Below, one piece after another: positions 56,491-64,000 of a stretch of DNA of 64,000 bases (position 1 is the first letter of the stretch; every line of letters begins with the position of its first letter). Under the pieces are notes generated by a model, which was not told the DNA's origin, did not search any database, and worked only from the letters and a program-made list of their open reading frames with translations. A program made the position numbers and the translations under genes. The stretch spans positions 1 through 64,000 of the forward strand of contig OZ025783.1 of assembly GCA_964019425.1 (NCBI GenBank), in the 5' to 3' direction. This DNA is from Flectonema sp. DT1601. Its lineage: Eukaryota.

Positions 56491-59400
56491 CTACCTTAAT
56501 TGATTTGATTCTTGATTAGCACTCCCACTCTTACTGTCAGGTGTGATAGGGTGAGACCTCATTGAAGATCGAAGAGATTGTTTTGGTGAAGATATCTGTG
56601 AAACATCATCTGTTACTAACATAACGTTAAGGGGAGGCTTCTTAACTCTGATACTCCTCCCCATTATTGAGGACTGCGTACTTCTCAGGGAACGAGTACT
56701 TCGAGATGTTCTACTGCTGTTGTAAGTGCTAGTTGAATGAGCGAAGGAAAGGCGGTGAGAGCTATTAGGACCAGCAAGATCGTCGTACTCCTTTTGCTTG
56801 TTGTTCAGCCAATTTGAAACTCCAGTTACAGATTCCCTTGCATAGCGGCTCCCTCTCGGAGACTTTAGAGCCGCTGAAGAGCAAGCACTCTCTCTCCTCT
56901 TAAGGAGTCGCTCCACTTTGCATCCCATACTTTTTCTTGCGTCACTGCAGTGATGTTGTTCATTTTTCATTATTTCTTGAATACGACTTCTAGCAGCTGA
57001 TTTGATATCATTTACTGCGCTGGGGAACGCAGTTTCGACCTCTGCAAAGTCGTTCTTTTCCAGAGCCAGCAAGTTGCAAAATGTCAGCGACTTTACAGTT
57101 GCCGTTCTCCGAACCCGATGGAGCACTGCGATTTCTCCAAAGAAGTTTCCAGCGCGTAAGACGCACTTGACGCCTTGTGTTGATTCTTCGAGAACACCAC
57201 ACTCTCCGATTACTATAAAATACATGTAATTACCTGGCTCACCTTTTACTGTGAGTAGCTCTCCGGGAGTCCTGATTTCGTTTTTCAATTTCAGAGACAG
57301 AGCGAATACAAACTCATCATTCCCGAGTACCGTTGAGAAGATTGGAACCTATTTTTGTTTGATTATTTAAAAATCTCTGCCAACTAATAACAAAGTCTAA
57401 TGTAAACAAACATACTCTACTGATTACAGCCTTACAGACTTCTATTTGAACAAGTGCATCAAGCTCAGGATGGAGATCGTGAACTAATTTACTATCGTTG
57501 TACGAACCAGTCTCAAAAACGTGTTTATAATATTGAAGGCAATCCGTTCGATACCACGATGGAAGTTTTTTATATTCAAGAAAAGCCTTAACATCATTTA
57601 TCTTTTCCTTAAAAACCATCTTCGCATCGGGTACTTGCAATGCATTACCAATCGTAGACAGTAACGTTGCGTATGTAATAACACCAAGGATGGTAGACAC
57701 ACCAGCGTACAACACTTGTAGGTCTGCTGGTGGAACAGGTTGACCACGTGTAAGGCCAGACATTGTCTTTATAGCATAATCATAAGCCTGTAAATACTGT
57801 GATATTGCCGGAAGTGTTGAAAAGTTCGCAACGGTTAAGGCCATTTGTACATCTTGATCAGACACTTGTGTAGCAGTTAATTTAAAAAAACAAGCCATGC
57901 CATGTGCGAATAAACAAAGTGAATACATCGCATGAAATATTCTCGAGTACCTCGGAGAGATGCCCGTACCAATCACAGTTATAAACTTACTTAAATAAGT
58001 TACTAAAAAGAACTTATTAATTCCATAAATAGGATCCCGTAACACACTTCCCTTCACAATGATACCGATTATGTCCAACGGGAATGCCGTCGTTATATCG
58101 ATAACAAGTTGTTTTCTTGATGGTCTTTCAAATGTAATTTTCCGACACACCCAGGCAAAGAAATAAATATCTCCAATTAAATACATTATCATCTTCCAAA
58201 GTTGTGGATCTACACTAAAAGAAAAGTCATAAGTACTCGAACAGAACACAACTGTTGCATAAACACAAGTGATGGGAAGAATCTTCTCAAAAGATGCCAT
58301 CCGCTGTTGAGTTTCTTCAAGACTCGCTTGATCTTCAGTTTTATAAGTAATATTATTCTTATGAGCAACAGCACGTCTTACAGTTTGTATTTCCTTTGAG
58401 ATTTGACCATGCTCATTTAGTACACTGTGATCACAATAAAACAGACTTATGAAATCAGTTTCTTCCATCGTTTGACAATTAAACTCTTCTTTCAGTTCTC
58501 CTATTTCACCGGATTCGTGAGGGAGTTGTAATGATTGAAGAACTATTGTTAATGTGTTGTCATCAATACCGGTCATGTTTGGAGCTACTTCTTGCCAAAC
58601 TTTTGAAGCCTTCACATTCATATCACATTCACTGAATACTAAGGCGATTGCTGCGAGGTGGATGCGACTGAATTCGGTTGTTAGCATGTCGCTGTTTTTA
58701 AATTCTTGAAAAGCGGAGATGAAAAAATTCCAACTAACGGTGCCATCAGTTGAACTCTCAAGACAAATATCGAAGAACACATCCGAGTCTTCTTCTCGGA
58801 TGTCGACTCCAACGGTGTCTAAATACTCCGAAATTTCTTCACAATAAAGACCTTCAGCTCCCGTAGCTTCACAAACTTTCTCCCAAATGGCTCTCATTTC
58901 TCGTTCGTCAGCTAGAAGACTGTCTTGTGTCTCAAAAGCCCAATATTCATCGAACTGGTTTTCACTTGGATGACATGATCCACTAAAACTACCACCATTA
59001 CCACCACCAACACTAGCAATGTAATCTGTTATATCTAAGTGTTGTTTTGATGGACAGATGAGGGCATTGTTTTGATTTACTGGTGGTACTACCGGAGGAA
59101 GCTCAACAGGAATTTCAATTTCACCAGCGCTGTCATCGCACATTAATTGTTGAAATGAATTACGATGACCACATGATGACATTGATTCTCTTCTATCAAA
59201 CGGATCGATACTTAGCCTTAAATAACTCGGCGGGTTATTGTCTGTTGTTGGCTTACTCAAATTGTTTTGTTTTTCAGTATCAATGATTGTAACTACTTCT
59301 TTTTTTTGATTAGAAATACTTCCTCGAGAAGGGAGGTTAGTTGTGTCACTAATCACTTGTGGAGGTGACACTTCAAGAGCGGGAAGCTCAAGTTCATCAA

Positions 59401-60277
59401 AAGTGTCGCTGCTGCAATTTGGTTTTAAATAAGTTTCCGCGACGCTATTGATCTTTCGACTTCCATTACTCTTATTACTCAAACATGACAACTCTCTCAT
59501 GGGGCGACTGTTAACCCCAAAGGAACTCAAACTTGAAAGTGATGACTTTTCTTGTATTTGTCCTTTATCATTCTCTGGAGCTGTTACAGATAATATGTCA
59601 GCCTGCTTACGGATTACATACGGCACTTCATAAGACTTATTAAAAAGACTCATATTTAACTTATGCATCCACAGTAATAATAAACTCAACAGAATGCAAA
59701 CTGTGAACATCACTGCAGTTACTAATAGTTCGTTGCGGCTAGCGATCGGTTCGGAAAAGTCATCGGCGGAGAGAGTCGACGACCATTCCAACGATATAAT
59801 GGAAACCGTAATAACAATACAACAAGTTAGTGTTATTCGGGAGATATACGTCATTAGGTTTCGATTTTCGCTATACTCTGAGAGACAAAAGATAACTGGA
59901 ACAGATAGCATTCCATATAAAAGATGACTACATCCGAGAACAGAAACACTTGTATTCAAGAGTCTCATAGCAGCAGTAATTGGGATTACTATAATTGAGA
60001 ATGTCGCACCCACAGCTGGTAAAAGTTCACATCGAATCCTCACAGATATCGCAACAAGTAGTAGTACACTAGCTTCAATAATTAATAATACTCGATAAAT
60101 AACACTCCTACCTCCTGATCCTGGTCCGCACAACACACCAGATAAAATCAGGTTAACTAACACGGCATTTATTGAGAGGCTCCAATTTATTCGCTGACAT
60201 CCTTTGGAGTTTGCAGGAATTACTAAGCAGTCTAACGGACCCCACAAAGAGTCCTTTTCCCAGTTTTTGCTTGGCAT
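56491..60277 (-). CDS. Cyclic-nucleotide-gated/HCN-like cation channel with extra N-terminal TM region and EF-hand-like segment; exons 60277-57416 and 57348-56491
   Basis: IDITTAFPLD, pore helix YDYAIKTMSG, C-linker FKEKINDVKAFLEYKKLP and cNMP-binding GNFFGEIAVLHRVRRTATVKS. A 67-nt GTATGT..TAG intron joins the two ORFs in frame (…ISR|VPIFS…). Confidence 0.87.
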
Positions 60278-60790
60278 TCATTCTGATTGATGAAAGAAAT
60301 GATATTTATATATAAAAAACACAAAACACTAAATTCTTGAAAGTACACACCACTGTAATTCAATCTCATTATGTTTCTCTCCTGAAAAAGAAGAAGGGAC
60401 GTCATACGTATTTTGCTTGTAAACAATGCAATGCGGTTTGTTTGTTTATTTTTATTCTCATTTTTTATTGTTGTCTTCTTCGTAACCGAAATAACTATTT
60501 TGAAGAACGTTATAAAAATAATTCAGATTAGCTTTATATTTCGTTGAAACGCAGGCAGAATCCTGGAGCACATGACCGTAAGATATATCGGCTTTGAAAA
60601 TATTTTCTTCTCCAACTACGTCGGTACAAAAAAAAAAAAAAAAAAACAACAAAATAATAATAGAATTAAAGAAACAGAAATACTTCAGCAGCAATAACGA
60701 AAAAAAACTTTTTTTTTTTTTTTCCAAAACAGATAACCTCAAACCCAGAAGGGTGGGAAAGGAAGGAGAAACTTTATTTATTTATGGGCA

Positions 60791-61040
60791 ATGGCCCAAA
60801 ATACCCCACTTTTTTTGCAAATGGCCCAAAATACCCCAAAGTGGCCCAAAATACCCCGAAGTGGCCCAAAATACCCCAAAGTGGCCCAAAATACCCCGAA
60901 GTGGCCCAAAATACCCCAAAGTGGCCCAAAATACCCCGAAGTGGCCCAAAATACCCCAAAGTGGCCCAAAATACCCCAAAGTGGCCCAAAATACCCCGAA
61001 GTGGCCCAAAATACCCCGAAGTGGTCCAAAATATACCGAA
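60791..61040 (+). repeat. 20-bp tandem repeat GTGGCCCAAAATACCCC(A/G)AA, ~12 units
   Basis: Read directly. Confidence 0.95.
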
Positions 61041-61170
61041 CCCGGCTTTGGGAACTTGTAAATCAGGATAATGTGTGTACAGAAACTGGAATTGATGATT
61101 TTTTTTCGCTGTTCACTACAAGTTGTAACTTTTTCCACTGCCATTTTTTTTTTTTTTTTTTCCTTTTTTT

Positions 61171-61201
<31 letters not shown>

Positions 61202-62653
61202 CTTGAAACTTTTTTTTTGGAACCTGCCTGGCCAGTATTTCTGTGTCACTTGGACAAAAGCTTTTTGCCGTCCCATTTTACTTTCTATTCAGCACACTCA
61301 TCTGTGGATTTATGGTAATGGATTGATTGAAAGCTAATAACACAAACGGTCAAGGATGTGATGACTTGGGAAATGATAAAGTAATCTTCTTTCTGGAACT
61401 TCTGCTCAGTACATGCAAATGCATCTTGACACGCGGGAACCCTTCGGGCAGTACTGCGCTCTTGATAATTCAAAGTAGCCTTAAAAAAGCTCTCATGCTT
61501 GCATGAGTTAGATACCCTGATAACCCGGTCAGAAACAGGAGTGTCGCTTGCGACCAGGCTGTCTGTAACTCGCAGGTGTCTTGACTTTGAAATTCGGTTG
61601 GAATGACGTGTAAGAGGACAGCAGTTCTCTGTAAGGTGACCCAGCCCTGCACACATACCGTTCTTTGCATGCACTCAGTAAAACTTCCAGAGGCTGAGAA
61701 TACTATCAAGACCTGACGAACAACCCAACCTATCCGTGAGTATTTGTCTTTGCTAATCTCGTCAAGTGAACATCATACAAACGTTATCTCAACATCCGTG
61801 TGCGCTTAAGGTGTACGGGTGTCATCTTCCTCATCTCGATTTAGCCCTGCACCACCTGCAGATTCTCGAAGGAAACTGGTTGCCTACGATGCTTCGTTCA
61901 GTAAAGTGTTCAGGTTCCTAATCACAAATGTTTTCATTCTCTCTAGGCTTTTACTCTTTTACTACGAACTTTTATTCTCAATCTCTAAGATGCCCGAAAC
62001 ATAGTTGAAACTCAACCTGCTGCCACTGAAACTCAGCCAAAAAAATAGTATAAGCAAGATCCACTGCTAAAGCAAAGTAGCTTAAAGAGATTAAGAAAAT
62101 CTCTAAGTGTGTAGCTGGCTATGTGTCTGCACATATGAAAAAAGTTGGAGGAATTGCTAGTTTGTTGGGTTATATTCGTAGCAGCTTCACGGTGACGGCG
62201 GCCTTACTGAGAATTATCCCTGGTTGTTATGTGTTGAAAGCTACAGGTTATGGCGTCAAAATAACACTCGCGTGGGTGGTTGCTCTCTTCGGAAAGCATA
62301 ACTTCAGACCCGTCAATTCGCGGCGCTTATATCTGCACACATTAATTAGTTGAACGAGTTCAAGTCACTTCCTGCATAGCAGATCCGTGTCCTCTGTACT
62401 AACGCTATACTAAGTGTGACTGTGGCTGATACACGTAATGGTTGGGTTCTTTAAGTACTCAGGACTGGTTGCTTGCTAATGTGAATGCTGACGTTCGAAT
62501 TGCCCAAACTTTCGAGTAAATTTAGGTGACCTGTCTGGTGCTTGTGATGCTCTAAACCCTGATGGTTGTATGAGTAATACCTGGTGACTGTGACCCATCC
62601 TCATACCCAGCTATGTGGTTGGGACCCCAGGGTGCACAGCCAGACCGGGTTTC

Positions 62654-62785
62654 TGGGCCACTTCGGGGTATTTTGGGCCACTTTGGGGTATTTTGGGCCA
62701 CTTTGGGGTATTTTGGGCCACTTTGGGGTATTTTGGGCCACTTTGGGGGTATTTTGGGCCACTTCGGGGTATTTTGGGCCACTTT
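62654..62785 (-). repeat. Inverted copy of the 20-bp tandem repeat, >=6 units, truncated by gap
   Basis: TT(C/T)GGGGTATTTTGGGCCAC units. Confidence 0.95.
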
Positions 62786-62985
62786 NNNNNNNNNNNNNNN
62801 NNNNNNNNNNNNNNNNNNNNNNNNNNNNNNNNNNNNNNNNNNNNNNNNNNNNNNNNNNNNNNNNNNNNNNNNNNNNNNNNNNNNNNNNNNNNNNNNNNNN
62901 NNNNNNNNNNNNNNNNNNNNNNNNNNNNNNNNNNNNNNNNNNNNNNNNNNNNNNNNNNNNNNNNNNNNNNNNNNNNNNNNNNNNN
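62786..62985. other. Assembly gap (200 N)
   Basis: Run of exactly 200 N, indicating a scaffolded assembly. Confidence 0.99.
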
Positions 62986-63584
62986 TCACACGAGCTTTCT
63001 GATTGTTTGTCTCCATTGAAATCTTCTTGTTGGCTACTTTGTTCACTGTAAGACCCAGACATTACTTCATCTTCTGACTTTACTCCTTCTGCAGTTTTTA
63101 TATTTTCATCTCTTGGAGTTAATGTCGCACTGCTAATACTTGCGGCCTGTTCTTCGTTCGGTTTATTTATCATCTCGTAGCTGGATTCTGAATTACTTCG
63201 TGAAATTGATTGGTCGCTCTTCGATCTCAAGTCACTCCGTGTGGAACCCTTTGGAGTGCTGTTTGCTGGAGTTGGGTTTGCTGAAGTTGTGTCGGCATTG
63301 GAATTAGCAACTTTTTGATTGTCAGGTTTCCTTGAAGGAGTCTTAACCTTTTTAACAACACCAATCGGTTGGCCGTATATCTCATGAACGTCCTTCCTCC
63401 AGGCCAGCTTTGCTTCTGTTTCGGGATTCCTACGTTCGCACTGTTCTCTCTGCTTCATCTTATTCAGATGCTTCTTCACTCGTTCGCCTTCATGCATTGT
63501 TCTCAAATGAGGGTCTCTTAGTGCATCGTATTGCTTCATTTTATCATTTGGTCGGACGTCAATCCATCCGCCTCGCCTCCTCAT
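62986..63584 (-). CDS. Hypothetical protein, 3' end lost in gap
   Basis: ORF from ATG 63584 (CAG acceptor 6 nt upstream), open up to the gap. YDALRDPHLR resembles the YxxLxDPHL motif of some ciliary proteins. Confidence 0.7.
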
Positions 63585-64000
63585 ATTAACCTGTTTCTTT
63601 AAAAAGGAAGTTACACTTATTTATGATGTTGTATTAATTACTTCAACAGCTACCAGCAGATGTTATTATAAAATCCTGTAGATGAAAGTAGTGTGATGCT
63701 GAAATAACTCTTTTAACGACATTTTCTATTTTCCCTTTCCTCAACGGGTAGTGGGTGGGGGTAGGTAGAGAGACCCCGCCGCAGGGAGTACCACAAAACC
63801 ACCTACACTGCGTGATAGCAGGAATGAATTTTTAGTTGCAGAGAACTCTTTTTTCTGCTTTTTTTTTTTTTTTTTGAAATTCTTCGACCGATGGCCGTTC
63901 GCAATCCGATTTTAGTTTCCATGCAGACCTGGCGTGTACTACAAATTTGGCCGAACAGGTGAGGTAGCATGGATTCATCATCTTACGAGTGACAGGGAGA

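Larger units (their letters stand above)
60786..62785. mobile_element. Foldback / Mutator-like element with long modular inverted repeats (right end in assembly gap)
   Basis: The left arm begins GGGCAATGGCCCAAAATACCCC, followed by a 20-bp tandem array and AACCCGG. The right arm is the reverse complement (CCGGGTT...GGGCCACTTTGGGGTATTTT). No intact transposase lies between them. Confidence 0.7.

Noticed and set aside
61285..61709. Possible transposase remnant inside the foldback element
   Set aside because: I could not recognise any DDE or zinc-finger motif in these short ORFs.
60594..63051. ORFs with PKWPKIPQSGPKY / GYFGPLWGILGHF repeats
   Set aside because: They are translations of the 20-bp tandem repeat, and some read through the N gap.

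Overview
Probable chromosome or contig end of a euglenozoan protist, most likely a diplonemid. This is inferred from a trypanosomatid-like MCC-alpha, about 15 co-directional genes, putative trans-splice acceptors and short GT-AG introns. The first ~11.9 kb is an almost perfect (TTTGCGGG)n array. Its G-rich strand runs away from the end, which is the reverse of canonical telomere polarity. From 11.9 to 24.1 kb lies a subterminal mosaic. It holds three related non-autonomous Helitron-like elements (5'-TCTCCTATATAAT ... GCAACGC hairpin ... CTAG-3') inserted in one orientation at the same position of the repeat (GCGGGTT|TGCGGG), with no target-site duplication. They carry GNA-loop ssDNA hairpins and tRNA-derived modules, and copy 1 also carries a 5'-truncated ingi/I-type RT-RNase H retroelement. 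The mosaic also contains a frameshifted GC-rich Q-rich ORF and a decayed piggyBac, both ending at repeat arrays. From 27.4 kb onward is a minus-strand gene cluster: NIPA transporter, NT-C2 protein, UPF0652/DUF2009, TBC Rab-GAP, Mpv17/PMP22, RetSat-like reductase, MCC-alpha, a CNG-like channel and several hypotheticals. A foldback/Mutator-like element runs into a 200-N gap. Main candidate for new biology: a rolling-circle (Helitron-like) element targeted to a telomere-like repeat, at a chromosome end with inverted repeat polarity.
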